Shown piece after piece: positions 23,529 through 37,400 of a DNA stretch of 43,767 nucleotides (its first letter is position 1; each line of letters starts with the position of its first letter). The notes below the pieces were generated by a model, which searched no databases, was not told where the DNA came from, and saw only the letters and a program-made list of their open reading frames with translations. This stretch comes from Octopus sinensis (Eukaryota): positions 1 through 43,767 of the forward strand of contig NW_021835138.1 of the NCBI RefSeq assembly GCF_006345805.1. Direction: 5' to 3'. The translations under genes and the position numbers were made by a program.

Positions 23529-26500
23529 TAGCAGTGCACCCCAGCATTGCCCGGGTGTTATGACCTACAGCCACATTGTATTATTTATTCCTTTCTTCTG
23601 GGCAGAATCGGCACACAAGGTGCATGAAGCAGGTAATTCTTCTTTATAAACATGTTATTTTTGCTCATTCTCTGATGAACAACACTGCAGTTTCCTTCTA
23701 CTGAATTCAGTCACAAGTTTGTGGTTAGTGTAGGGCTCTAGGGGAAAGCAGTTGCCCGAATGTAGAACCGTGTGTTTGGGAAGCAAATGTCTTAACCACA
23801 CAGTCATCCTTGCTCCTAATGTGTGTGTGTGTGTGTTGTGTGTGTGTGTGTGTTTACATTTGTTGTTAAATCAAGTATTGATAAATATCATTGAGGTAGT
23901 TGCCTCCCTTAGCTAAAGACCCCAAATTTGTGTGACCTGACCTCGTTTTTGATGTTATTTTTGCAGTAAAAAAGAGTTGTTGTGCAAAAAACATACTTTT
24001 ATTTGGTAGCCAAAAGATTGCTGAATCTTCTGATACCTCGTAAATCAAAATCAACAACTCAGTTTTTGAATCCATAAGGAACACACACACACACACTAAC
24101 TCTGTTTTATATATTAAGATATGTGCAGGTGTGTGGCTGTGTGGTAAGAAGCTTGCTTTCCAACCACATGGTTCCAGGTTCAATCTTACTGCATAGCACC
24201 TTGAGCAAGTTTCTTCTACTTGCGTTTAGCAGATGGCAACTGAAAAACCCATTGTATGTGTATATATTTATGGGAATTTGTCCCTCCCACTATCTTCTGA
24301 CAACTGATGTTGGTGTGTTTACATTCCTGTAACTTAGCAGTTCAGCAAAAGAGACTAGTAGAATAAGTATAACGCTTACAAAGTATAAGTCCTGGGGTCG
24401 ATTTCTTCGATTACAAAACCCTTTAATGTGGTGCTACAGCATGGTCGTAGTAAAATGACAAACTTAAAAGAATAAAAAATGCGTAGACAGACAGGTTTGT
24501 ATGTTTGATTTTTTTGACATATTGAACAAGAATGTTCAATATTTAATGTAATTATGTCAATTTTATACATTCAGAGGTCATTGTGATGTGGTGGCCCTCA
24601 TAGTCTCCAAGGGTGCCAATGTTAACAGACAAGACAAGTCTGGCAACACACCTCTCCATTATGCTGTAGAGAAGAACTATGAAGATGTGATGGAAATCAT
24701 ATTAAACACAGAAGCAACTCAGGTTAGTACTCACACACACACACACACACACATACACACACATATACTATTGGCCAAAAGTTTGGGACCACCCTGAAAT
24801 TTTTCACTATGTTCATAAAATTTCCGTGTTTGGAGAATCCAATTAGCCGATTCTATATTATTTCAAATCATTATGCAAGTTTCTCTATAAGTATCGAAAA
24901 TTAATCTTGTATAAGCTGTGGACATTGCTCTTGCATGGAAACCCAGATCCTTTTGCTGAAAATGCCAAAGCATTGAAGGCCCCTTCTGTTGACCCTAGCT
25001 GTGTTTGAATTTGCATCTGTGAACTTAATAGAAGAGAAAAGTACTTTTTTCTAAACTCTGGAGTAAACACTGACCCAGTTTTCTTCTTTCATTTTCAGTC
25101 TGTGATTCAATTTCTGCTGATACAACAACCCTTACTGTATTTATTAAGATCTCATAATTTTGATTTATTCTCGTAAACCCGAGTTCCAGAAAATGGCAAG
25201 AACCAAACAGATTAATATTGAAAACAAGAGCTCAAGTTGAAATTCTTTCAAAAGAAGAATATTCTGAATGCCATATTGCTAGAAAATGGGATTGATCAAA
25301 AAACGATGTGCGTCATGGCCGGAAACGACTTGGTGACACTGGCTCAGATCTTGTCAGGGAAAGATCCGGTCGGCCCAGAGTAACATCTACTGCAGAGGAT
25401 TGGCACTTGATTCTGTTCAGGAAAAGGAATAGAAGCAAAACAGGTCTGGAACTAAGCATTGAATTGAATTCTATGCGACAACATCCGATTTCTCTTGGGA
25501 GAAGACTTCAGTGTTTGTCAGAGGAATGAGTGAAAGTTGCATTGTTCCACCTGTAAGGGATGGTGGTGGATCTTTGGTGATTTGGGGATGCTTTAGAGGT
25601 GAGATTGCTGGAGACCTTGTCAAAATTAAAGGCATAATGCAAAGGGAAGACTTTTATTCACTATTGTAGACGCATGCAATTTCCTCTGGGGGTCGCATTA
25701 TTGGATAGAATTTTGTTTTTCAACAAGATAATGATCCAAAAGACAGCTCTAAATTGTGCAGAGATTCTTTAAAACCAAAGGAAAATAAAAGAATTTTGCA
25801 AATTATGACCAGGAACTCTCAGTCTTTAGATCTTTCGCCAGTTGGACTGGTCTGGGATGAAATTTATTGTAAAGTTCCAAATGAAATGCCTAAGAATGAG
25901 CAAGAGTTGTTTAAAGGGTTTTACAGACTGCTTGGAAATCACTTCTGATAAAATACTTTTACAAGTCACAAGAAAGAATGCCAAGAAACTACTCCACAGG
26001 AATAGAAACTCATGGGGATTTCTTTGGAAATAAAATATGAGTTTTGTTCAGTTTTGTTCTGTGATTATACTCTGTTGATTTTGGGTTAAATTATTGTATA
26101 ATTGGATGCAAAGATAGGAAAAATAAAATTGTTTCTTCAAAAATATAAAACTTATTTTCTTTGCTTTAGAGGAAAATTTCACAGTGGTCCAAACACACAC
26201 ACACACATTATTTATGTACATATATATATATATATATATTATATATATAATCTCATCATCATTTAGCATCTGTTGTCCATGCTGGCATGGGTTGAATCGT
26301 TTGGCCAGGGCTGGCAAGGCTGGAAGGCTGCACCTGACTCCAATCTGATTTGGCATGGTTTCTACAGTTGGATGCCCTTCCTAACGCCAACCACTCTGAG
26401 AGTGTAATGGGTGCCTTTATGTGCCCCCAACACAGGCATCGTACAGTCTGCTTTTCATTCTGAGCTAGGTGCTCTCTGAACTTTGCCCGGCCTATTCTTA

Positions 26501-29500
26501 TTCTGGCATCTATGCTCTCTGATCATCCACCTCCTCTGCTGATTTGCTCACTCAGACAACAGAGTTGGTTAAAGGCAATTGATGGAGTCTATTTTCTGTA
26601 CATTTCTAGTGTTTATTGTACCTGTACTTCTGTCAATCAGACTATTTTTTTTCCTGTTAACCTTCCTTTAATATTGCTGTGCCTCTTTATGTCCATAGCT
26701 TACACCAGGTATACCTCATGGCGTTTCTACTTATCCCTCTTCTACTGATTGAGTAGGGCCATCTACCCGAAGGGATTTGTTATTTGTCCTACTTACCAAG
26801 ACTGGTTTTTGCTAGGTTATCTCTAAGGCTCTTCAATTCTAGACCTTGCTTCCATACCTGGAACTTCTTCTCTAGTTCTGGCAGTGATTCTGGATGGCAC
26901 TGCATAGTACCAAAGAACCCAGCTTCTCCATCTTGAATAAGGACCCAGTACTGTAACAGCTTGGGTTTTAAGGGAGAACAGCTGTTCAATAAACAACCTC
27001 AGGGATTTGCGAGATGGAGATGTGAAGGTCTTCAAGGAGGATCTGGGTAAGTTTTTGAGATCCCAGATGAACGCTCATTGAGGAAGGAGGCACAAAGAAG
27101 AGCAGTTGCATCCAACTTGCTACTTCACCAGAAACTGCACAGAAAAAAACCCCAGTCACACTAAAAGGTGATGCTCCAGCATGGCCTCAGACTCTGAATG
27201 AACCCAAATAAAGAACGCATGTGCGCACATGAGTTTGTACATTACTGTTAAGGGTGTGGACACTAATTAACATCAAAAGTATACATTAGAAATTATAATT
27301 CTTCTTTATTAAACTTGATCTGCTAATCATGTGTTCACTCTTGTTCAAGTCCCCTAAAACTTACTATAGTAAGGGATAAAGGTAGATCAGGCTGAACCCG
27401 ATTTGTTTAGGACATCTTTATTGAGGGACCATATGGAAGGTCCACTTCACTGACACACATCAAATGCACACGATCAGTTTAATCAAGTCCCCAGTAGAAG
27501 ACACAAACGATACATTGATCTTCATCCTGACTTTATGTAAATTTTCTTTCTCTATTCTTTTTACCTCTGTAAAGAGTCATGTGGAAGTGGATACCAGGAA
27601 CAGTAACAAAACAACACCATTGCTCCAAGCCATCTCTGGCGGTCACCTCGGAATGATCCGCAAGTTACTTTCTCGTGGCGCAGATATAAACGCTGTCGAT
27701 AATGATGATAACAACTGTCTGCACTTCGCTGTGAGGAAAGAAGTGTTTCATTCTGAGGGTGAAGCCTTAGGCATTTTAGATGAGGTAAGTTTTGAAATTG
27801 TTTGTAAATATTTGTGAGACAGACAGACAGACAATGTTTGTCATGTCTCAATTCACAGCCATCAAACCCCACCTCCTTTTAGCATTAAGTAATCCAGTCT
27901 TTCTTGATAACCCTACATATATAGTAACTAACAAATTTCCCTTTCCTTCCACCCTCAAAAGCGTGGTCCCCCTCCACTGCCGTGGTGGAAACCGGTCACC
28001 AATTTTGACCACTTAAACACAGCCATCACAGTGTGAAGGAGAGGTGACCTGTTGAAGAGAGGAGATATTATTCCCGGATAGCAATGATACAGGGTAGAGG
28101 AGAGGTCTGTGTAACAGAACAGATGACAACCTTTATAAGGCAATTGCCATGATAAATACATCCAGTCCATTCTGTGAAGGATTCTGACTGAAACAGCTCC
28201 CTGTCACACTTCACCTTCATCATCCTAAAATGCTTTTTTTATTAATTCTGGAATCATTATCGACATGCTTGGCTACGTCTGTGTGGTGTTGCTTGTCTGA
28301 TGTCTGAAGAAATTGCTGTGTTTCAGCCGGTCTCTCTCTCTTCTGATATAACATACATGCTTTGTTGTCATGTTACATTTATATACACAATACTCCCCGA
28401 TCCCTATTTCTCTTGCTGTGGCCAGTTGGCTTTTTTCGAGCCCCATGTATAGATAAGTTCTTGTTGGTTTGTTGTGATATTTGTTCCTTTATATTTCCTA
28501 TTTTTGACTTGATTCTATGATTTTGCTTATAATGTCTATATTTTTTGGTAATTCTGTAATCACCCTTTTATGTTTCATTGTTTGTAGTGCTGTGCTATGC
28601 TTGAATTGGGAAAGAATGCCAGGCTCTCCGGCGCAGTAATAGCTACTTACCTGGCTCTGCAGGGAGCCAACTTTTACCATAAAAATTGCAATAATGCGAC
28701 CCCGTTGGACCTTGTTATGAACCCAGATTTGAAAGAAAAATTTAAATCCCTTTTCCCATCACTGTAAGTATTCCCTAGCAAAGCCAAAACAAATCGGTGA
28801 ATTTTCTATTTTGTACATAATCATGTTTATATGCGTGTTTAGTTTTTATTCTACCAATACATTATACTTCACTGGTGTCTTGAGTAAAGGCCACACAACA
28901 TCATTTAGCGTCCGCTTTCCATGCTAGCATGGGTTGGACGGTTCAACTGGGGTCTGTGAAGCTGGAAGGCTTCGTCAGGCCCAGTCAGATCTGGCAGTGT
29001 TTCTACGGCTGGATGCCCTTCCTAATGCCAACCACTCCGTGAGTGTAGTGGGTGCTTTTTACGTGCCACCCGCACAGGTGCCAGACAGAGCTGGCAAACG
29101 GCCACGAACGGATGGTGCTTTTACGTGTCACCAGCACGGGGGCCAGGCAAGGCTGGCAACGGACACGAACGGATGGTGCTTTTACGTGCCACCGACACGG
29201 TGGCCAGACAGAGCTGGCAAACGGCCACAAATGGATGGTGCTTTTACGTGTCACCGGCACGGGGGCTAGACAGGGCGGCGCCGGCAATGACCACGATCAG
29301 ATGGTTCAGTTAACCACAGCTGCAATTCCCACTGATGTTGATCGACCTCAATTTTGGTTCTGCTTTCTGATATATGATTTGATTTGGTTTGATTTTGATT
29401 GTTCTCACTGGTCTTGCCGGGTCTTCTCGTGCACAGCATACCTCCATAGGTCTCGGTCTCTGGTCATTTCCTTGGTGAGACCTAAAGTTCGAAGGTCGTG

Positions 29501-31395
29501 CTTCACCACCTCGACCCAGGTTTTCCTGGGTCTACCTCTTCCACAGGTCCCCTCAACTGCCAGGTCACCTAGGTAGCGGAAGCTATCAACTACTTCTATT
29601 TTTTCTCCCTGAAACGTGATAGAAGTTGGTCTCTGCATATTTTCAGAGTTTATTGCTCCTGAGCATCTGCCACAGATAAAAACTATTTTCCTAGTTAATC
29701 TTCCTTTGACATTACTACATCTCTTATGTGTTCATAGCTTACATTTGGTGCATCTTATAGAGTTTCTACCTACGCCTTTTCTACAGATCGAGCAAGGCCA
29801 TCTACCTGAAGGCGTTTGTGATTGGTCTATCTTCCTACATATTAGGACTTTGGTTTTGGCTAGGTTGATTCTAAAGCCCTTCGATTCTAATCCTTGCTTC
29901 CACACCTGAAACTTCTCCTCCAGTTCTGATAGAGACTCAGCAATTAGAGCAAGGTCATCAGCATAGAGGAGCTCCCAGGGGCATCCTGTCTTGAATTCCT
30001 CCGTTATTGCCTGGAGGACTATGATAAATAGGAGGGGACTGAGGACTAAGAACACTAAATAGAAAATGGAGTTGATAGATGAAACAAAGAACATCTATTT
30101 TGATTATATTCACATGACTGGTTCTGTTGACAGATATACCTCACACACCACCACCCCGACCTACGACCTACGTCTCTCAGTTGCCTGTCTTAAAGGAAAC
30201 TGTGGTACTAAATAACGAAGGGAATGAACATGTTTTAGCATTGTCGTTTCGAAGTCAGTGGAATTTGTCTGTCTGTGCCAATCAGTCACCACAAGTTACG
30301 AGAAAATGTTTGGAGATCAATGACTTCTTCAGATATACCAAGAACAATTACATCATGCGTGGCAGACAGCATGGCTTACTCTATAAACCTGGATTCAGCT
30401 ATAACTAGGGGCAGGTTTAAGAGCAGGGGATTATCTTTCACTGTGCAATTCTGTTAGCATTTTTTGCTTTAATATCTGTTACATCAAATTTCCAAAATTT
30501 TCCTGTGGAAGGGTTGTGTTTGTTTGACAACAATAGTTGGAAAGGACGCAGGGGTCAGGCACTGAAAGGACCAGTTTGTTAGTTGCACCATTTGCTATAT
30601 TCCACCCATCATAAAACCATTGTCTACCTTTTATTGGACTGGGATCATCAGGATGTTAGTGGTACATTGAAGGCAGATAGAAGCATGACATTTACTGCAA
30701 TCAACTCATCAATTTCCAAAGAGTTCTCTGATTTTCTACATACATACGATTCTTAGGGCATTGTTCTGTTTTAGAATTGTGACCTGTTATGTTACATATT
30801 GTTCATCCATACAAGATGCCATGACAATTGTACCCTGTCTGTCCATCCATACAATTCAAAATCAAATGTCTAAATACTGATCACTTGTTAAACAGATCAA
30901 ATTCAAAAAGTGTTTTAATACACACAACAGAAGAGTGTATATACAAATAGGCCTATATTGTTGAGAAGAATTGAGGTCTATGTTCGAAGTGAGATTTCTG
31001 GAATGTATGGAGTTCATTGTTTCTGTGAACTGCATACATATAGACCAGTTTTTGTTACGTATCAGAGTCAAGACATATTTGTCTATATATATATATGTAT
31101 ATATGTGGAGGCGCAATGGCCCAGTGGTTAGGGCAGCGGACTCGCGGTTTCGATTCCCAGACCAGGCGTTGTGAGTGTTTATTGAGCGAAAACACTTAAA
31201 GCTCCACGAGGCTCCGACAGGGGGTGGTGATCCCTGCTGTACTCTTTTGCAACAACTTTCTCTCCCTCTTTCTTCTGCTGGCCACTCGCTCAGCCAGCGG
31301 GGTGGCGTCATTTGAAGGTTAAAACAATGCGAAGCGCATTGTGACCAGCGATGTGTAGCAACTTCTGACAGCCTGGTCGGTCATGTGATCACGTG

Positions 31396-31427
<32 letters not shown>

Positions 31428-34400
31428 ATAGTGGTTGGAGCATTGGGCTCCCAATCAGAAGGTAGTGAGTTCGATTCCTGGACCGGGCTGTGTGTTGTGT
31501 TCTTGGGCAAGACACTTTATTTCATGTTGCTCCAGTTCACTCAGCTCAGGAATTGAGTTGCATTGTCACTGGTGCCGAGCTGTGTCAGCCCCTTTTGCCA
31601 TTTTCCCTGGATAACATCAGTGGAGAGGGGGAGGCTGGTATGCATGGGCGACTGCTGGTCTTCCATAAACAACCATGCGTGGACTTTCTAGGTTCAGGGA
31701 ACTTTCTAGGTTCAGCTCCATAGTCATTGATAACTAAGGGGCCGTGTCTTTATCCTTTACCCCTTCCCTCCCTATGTTCTCTGTGGCACTTATATACGCA
31801 CAAATCTGTGTGTATATAATTATTTAAAGAGGACTTTGTGATGTAGTCTTACTGGTAACTGTCATGTCTCGTAATATTCACTACTGTCATATTTATAATA
31901 AATGAATCGGATTAGAGCCTGGTGCAGCCTTCCAGTGTGCCAGCCCAGTCAAACCGTCCAACCCATACCAGCATAGATAACGGACGTTAAGGGATGAGAT
32001 AATGATTATGAATGTTATTGATGAGATGTTTGTATCTTGTTCCACAGATGTCTGTTTTGTGAAGAGAAAGTGTCCACACTGAAATGCCAATCCTGTGGAC
32101 AGATGGTGATCTGTGAGGAATGTGGTACCGAACCTAACTCTACATGTCTTGAATGTCAGCAACCCACAACCAGAGAAAGTGGAATTGGTAAGACTACTAT
32201 TTCATCCTGTTTGTCTCATTGGCCCAGGTCTGTCGTAATCTGGCAGATTTATGAATAAAAACTGTTCCATTTGTCTTTGTGATGGTGTATCTATCACAGC
32301 ATCCCCTAAACATTGTCTTCATCCAGTTACAAGACTCGTCACACTTTAAGAGGGTATTGTCTGCAAAATATGACTAATGAATGATACTGAAGGATAAATG
32401 GTGACTAACTGAAATATCAATAAATCTCTCTGGTTCTGTTTGTGGTTAATTATGAGTGACTAATGATTTATTAGTATTTTGTGAATCTGGTCATTAGAGA
32501 CAATGGTACTTATAAGAATGTCAGTCATCTTCGGAGATTCAATGACAAAATCTCAACTGATTTTTATGGAACAACATTGCAGAGTTTCACCGTTGAATTA
32601 TTTGTTCTAGTTGTTATTTGGTGAAAGGTGGTTTAGTAGAAAGTGTTTTAGCAAAGTATTATTGAATGAAAATAAACTAAAGTTAAGTTCTTTTGGCAGA
32701 AATTTGCGAGTAAAGCAAACTTAATTTGAAAGGAATCATTTCATTGGTTGAAAAGTATATAGCTGAAGCCATCTTGGTTTTTGACTGAAAATTATTCCAA
32801 AAGTTTGTTTCTGGACACTTCTAGAAATCTTCAATGAAAGTTATAAAAACCACAATTTTTCTCTGTTTTTTAGTGACATTTACGCTGTCCTCACAAAGCA
32901 ATCTCACTCACAACCTTGCATGTCTCGGAGTGTTGAAATGTCTCTCACACTAACGTAATAGACATGGCATATTTCTCTTTTATGACTTGAAGTCATTTAT
33001 CTTAACTTTTTCTTTAGAATACCTTGATGAATTAGGGGTTCTAATTCTTGTCCTCTCTTCACGATAAATTATCTGTAGCGAAAAAAGACAACTTGAAAAT
33101 GTTTTTCATTACATTGCTTTGGTTTAATCTCCAAGAGAACAGTTTGAGATTACTCCTGGTATTATGTTTTGCAATTGTAATTATTTGTCTCTATAAAATT
33201 ATTAATCAAAATAATGCAACTTTGATCTTTTTCCTTTGATAATGGCCGTTCTATTAACTCCTTCCAGTTGCAAGAGAAAGCCACGGAAGAAAAATATTTA
33301 TACGTCACATACAACATATCTATTCAACATATTCAGTTTGTTTTCAATTAAAACTTTGCCGAGATGTTGCACCAAGACCCATTATTAACTGATCTTGATA
33401 GTTGAACTGTTGACCCCTTAGAAACCATTTATCTAGTTCAGTTAAAGTGGCATCAATAGTTCCAGTATGTTTTTGCAAAGTTGTCCTCCAGAAATTCTCC
33501 ATAATTTGTCATCTTATGAAGAACTCCAATAATTACAATACTCTGATGTTTGATATGTGATGTTGTCCCTTATTAAGGTGTGAACCCAGAATGTCTTGGG
33601 TTAGACTACGTTTTGTGGTAGTAGAGAAAATAATTTCTCTAACAATACTGTAGCAACATCTGATAGCCTGGTCGGTCATGTGATCACGTGATATATATAT
33701 ATGTGTGTGTGTGTATAGTGGTTGGAGCATTGGGCTCACAATCAGGAGGTAGTGAGTTCGATTCCTGGACCGGGCTGTGTGTTGTGTTCTTGGGCAAGAC
33801 ACTTTATTTCATGCTCCAGTTCACTCATATGTTTACATTGAAACCAATTATTAAGGTTAACATTTAAAAAATACACAGACTGGAATAACATATGCGTACC
33901 AGGCGTGACTTGAACTCCCAATTCCTTGTTGGTGACTCTAATGTTTGAGTAACATTTACCAGATCCCTACAGACATTCTTAGACTCCCACTTGTTGCCTT
34001 CTTGATGATATTAATGCTAATAGAGGTAAGGTCTTCAGAGTGTTTCACCTTTTGGTTTTACTTCTGACTTGATTATCCTGTTCAAAGCAGATTATGAAAC
34101 TTGGTCGTTGTTATTTGACCAAGTAAAGACATTTTTATTAGTATTTGGCACTGAACTTGGTAACAATTTTGTTTGGTTGCTCATGGGACTACCATATTAT
34201 TATTTATGCTGAGACACAATCATATTCATTTTAATGAGGGTCACATGTTCTTCACTTGGATTATGATATAATCCATATAGATTATCTAGTATTGCACCAC
34301 CAAGCACAGTGGTAGTGTATCACATATACACCCCATTAACATGATAATTAATCAGCTCTCATTCATTAACTTTCTTACACATGTCTGAAAAGTAACCTCA

Positions 34401-37400
34401 TTTTGTCATGGCATCATCTTGCACCCAACATTTTACAACTTGTTACCCTCCGTGTAAATATATTGTTTTACTTGGGTAAAGGGCCACATCCTTACAAACT
34501 GGGATTATTGACCCTTATAATCCAGTAAGGTTCAGATGTTAATCTCACTTGGCTTCATTTCATTTATGTGACACTCTAATACTTTATAAAATATATCTTA
34601 ATTAGTGACACCTTTCAATTAGTTGATTTTAATTAGCTTTATTGACAAATGTGGTGGTGGTGGTGGAGTGGGGTGTGAGTTGGGTCACACATTCCTTGTA
34701 ATGTTATTCTTGTATTAACAATGATATCAGAAGAACAGTTTCTGTCAGTGAAATCCTCCTGCACAGGTGTAACCCTTGTGTTTTCAAGTTTGTTGGAAAC
34801 TGGGTTTTCATCCAATTGAGCTTCACCACATTGATATAGGGGACATCAAAAGGGTATGATTAATGCATAGATGAGGTTTGATAGAGATGTCCTTTATTCT
34901 TGAGAACCAGTTCTTTTCTACCATTTCAGATATTTTTCTTTTGCAATAACGTGTGGATGAACAGTTATATGTAGTGAATGAGGTTTTGTGCAGTGTTTTA
35001 GGACACCTGTTATTATTTTCTGTTCCACCTGTGTAGAACTAATCATCGCTCACCTGAAAAATAGCTGATTTATTATGGAAAGGGAATGAAATTCAAATAT
35101 TTCCTGAATCAGCTGACATTCTGATGAACCGTGATGTGGGGCAGTTAGAATTAAAGATTTCCAGCAGCTCCCTTCAACAAAGGGATCAGGTGTATGTTTA
35201 TCCTAGTTGGTGTGTCATGATATTGTGCTCTAGGTCTTTGGAGGACTGACTTGGTTGACATAGGAATTAAGCAGAAAATGAGAAGAATGTTGGAAGTGAG
35301 AGGACAATGCCATGCCATTGACTTGGCAGAGATATAAGAAAGGAAAGACAAAACTAGAAAAGCATTTTCATTAAGTGATGATAATTAAGAGATAATTGTT
35401 ACGTTGATTGTGTAGAATGTCTTACTAAAGAGAAGAGGCTGAGGAAGTTTAGTCTGGTGTGGTACCACTGTAGAAAGTATAAAAATGTTGATCCAAGCCA
35501 TGGTGGTCACCAATTGACCATTGATAATAGGAATACCGCATGATAATAAAATGTAGATTATTAACAGAGATAAAGAAATTTTACTACAAATTGCAAAATT
35601 TCAACATATTTATTTCAGAGAGTCGAAAGCTGAAGGAGAAGGATCTTCTGAAAGTGGCCAAGAAGTTAGGGAATAATTGGTGGCAAGTGGGTGAGTATGA
35701 AATAACCGAATTGCTTTCTGTAAAGTTTACTTCCACCGGAGCTATTTTGTTTATCAAAATGTCTGAGAACCGGTTCCATTCCTAATTTCCAATTGAAAGG
35801 TTAACTCTAAAGATATTAAAGAGATTGATATTACTGGAATTTCATAAAATATCCACCACGGTTAGCACTGTGGTTGGTAATAATGGCTAAATTAGAAGAC
35901 GCAATAGAGTTAATATTGTCTTATGGAGCTGGAAAGTAAAATTCATTGTTGTTTAAGAGTAAACAGGTGAGTTAATGGACAATGTCTTTGTTTTACATTT
36001 TAAGTCTGTTGCTAAATTATTGTAATGAAGGAAATATTTGCTGAGTTAACAACCAGAATAAGTTTTCCTTATTCCAGCTGAAGACTTAAAGTTTGGTTTT
36101 TTTTGAAATGATTGAAAACATTAATTGTATAAGAAGCCGATGAATAATCCTATTTATATCAACCTACTGGAAGATGTCCTGCCACAGATCTGGAGATGCC
36201 TCAATAAAAAGAGGCTTAATAGAGGTCGCTCTGCTCAATCTATTCTCCCCAGGCAAAAAGAGAGGATTCCCCTGAGGGAATTTACCGGAAAATGAATATT
36301 CACAAGTGAGGCCAAACTGGCAGAGGCTTCTCTCTCTGTGATTGATATAATAATAAATGAATAAGCTCCGGAGATGTGATTGAATCCGGAGTTCATTGGA
36401 GATTGGTCAAAAGAAATATCACTGATCATTCGATTGTCAGAGTCCTGTTGGGAAGTTTGTAACGTGATAGATTGCACAGAGAGACACTAATTTCATGACC
36501 TGGGTATACTGAGAGAGGGGGTTGATTCAATTAATTCAACCTCATCCACTAAAGGGTCATATTTGGACTCAAAATAACAGACCCCGGTTTAGTCAACCAA
36601 GTTATGATTGATGTCCCATTTAGAAATTGTCTGGAAAGATTACAAATTTATTCATAGGGAATTACATTACTGTCCAAAACAGAGAATGGATTGTGTGAAA
36701 ACAACCTCCTAAAATTTCCGGGTTTTCTAGTGTGGCAGGCAAGTTCTATAGCTTTCAAAGAATACCATTGTATTGTTCACATTGTCCATTTTTTTCTTGT
36801 GTGATGCCGCTGTCTTTTACTTGGGATCACAGGACTACATCATTGACTGTGTCCATTTTAACAGGACAGAGTGTATTTTGAGTGACGTGTTGTAGCTTCT
36901 CCACTGTCAAGTGTCCATCTAGTTGACGATCACACTTCACTCGCATGCAGTCGTCAGTTGAATGTGGTGCAGCATTTTTGCCTCTCCACTGTCCAGTGTT
37001 TGTCTAAGTTGAAGAACACACTTTACTCAGATAAAGTGTTTAATTGTATGTAGGTGTATGGCAGAGATGCTGGTCACTCCTGTCTTCTTTCCTGCTAGCT
37101 GAAACTCTAAAACCTCTCCGTTATCAACTTCTCTCTAAATTGTGGCATTCAGCCAGTGAAAGAGGTCCTTATTACGAGTCATGAACCCAAAATGGTTAAG
37201 CTGGTGTCTTCTAAAATATGTGGTGTGTACCTAACAGTATTATATTTTGTACTTTGTGTAATTAAGACCATTCTGGTGTCATGCTTATTTGTATTTTAAT
37301 TGGTCCAGGTGTCCGTAGTATGACTGGTATTGCTTGATGGTTCAGTCTCCACTTTTTCTAAATGCTGAGACGTTTTTAGTGAAGAAGCCGGCATGTAGGG

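Noticed and set aside
30180-30800. Possible CR1-like remnant (MRGRQHGLLYKP)
   Set aside because: Single weak motif with no supporting context.
33830-35500. Fragments resembling endonuclease or RT motifs (VFTWSNN, IIPVCK) on the minus strand
   Set aside because: Motif order is inconsistent with EN-RT and there are many stops; too weak to call.
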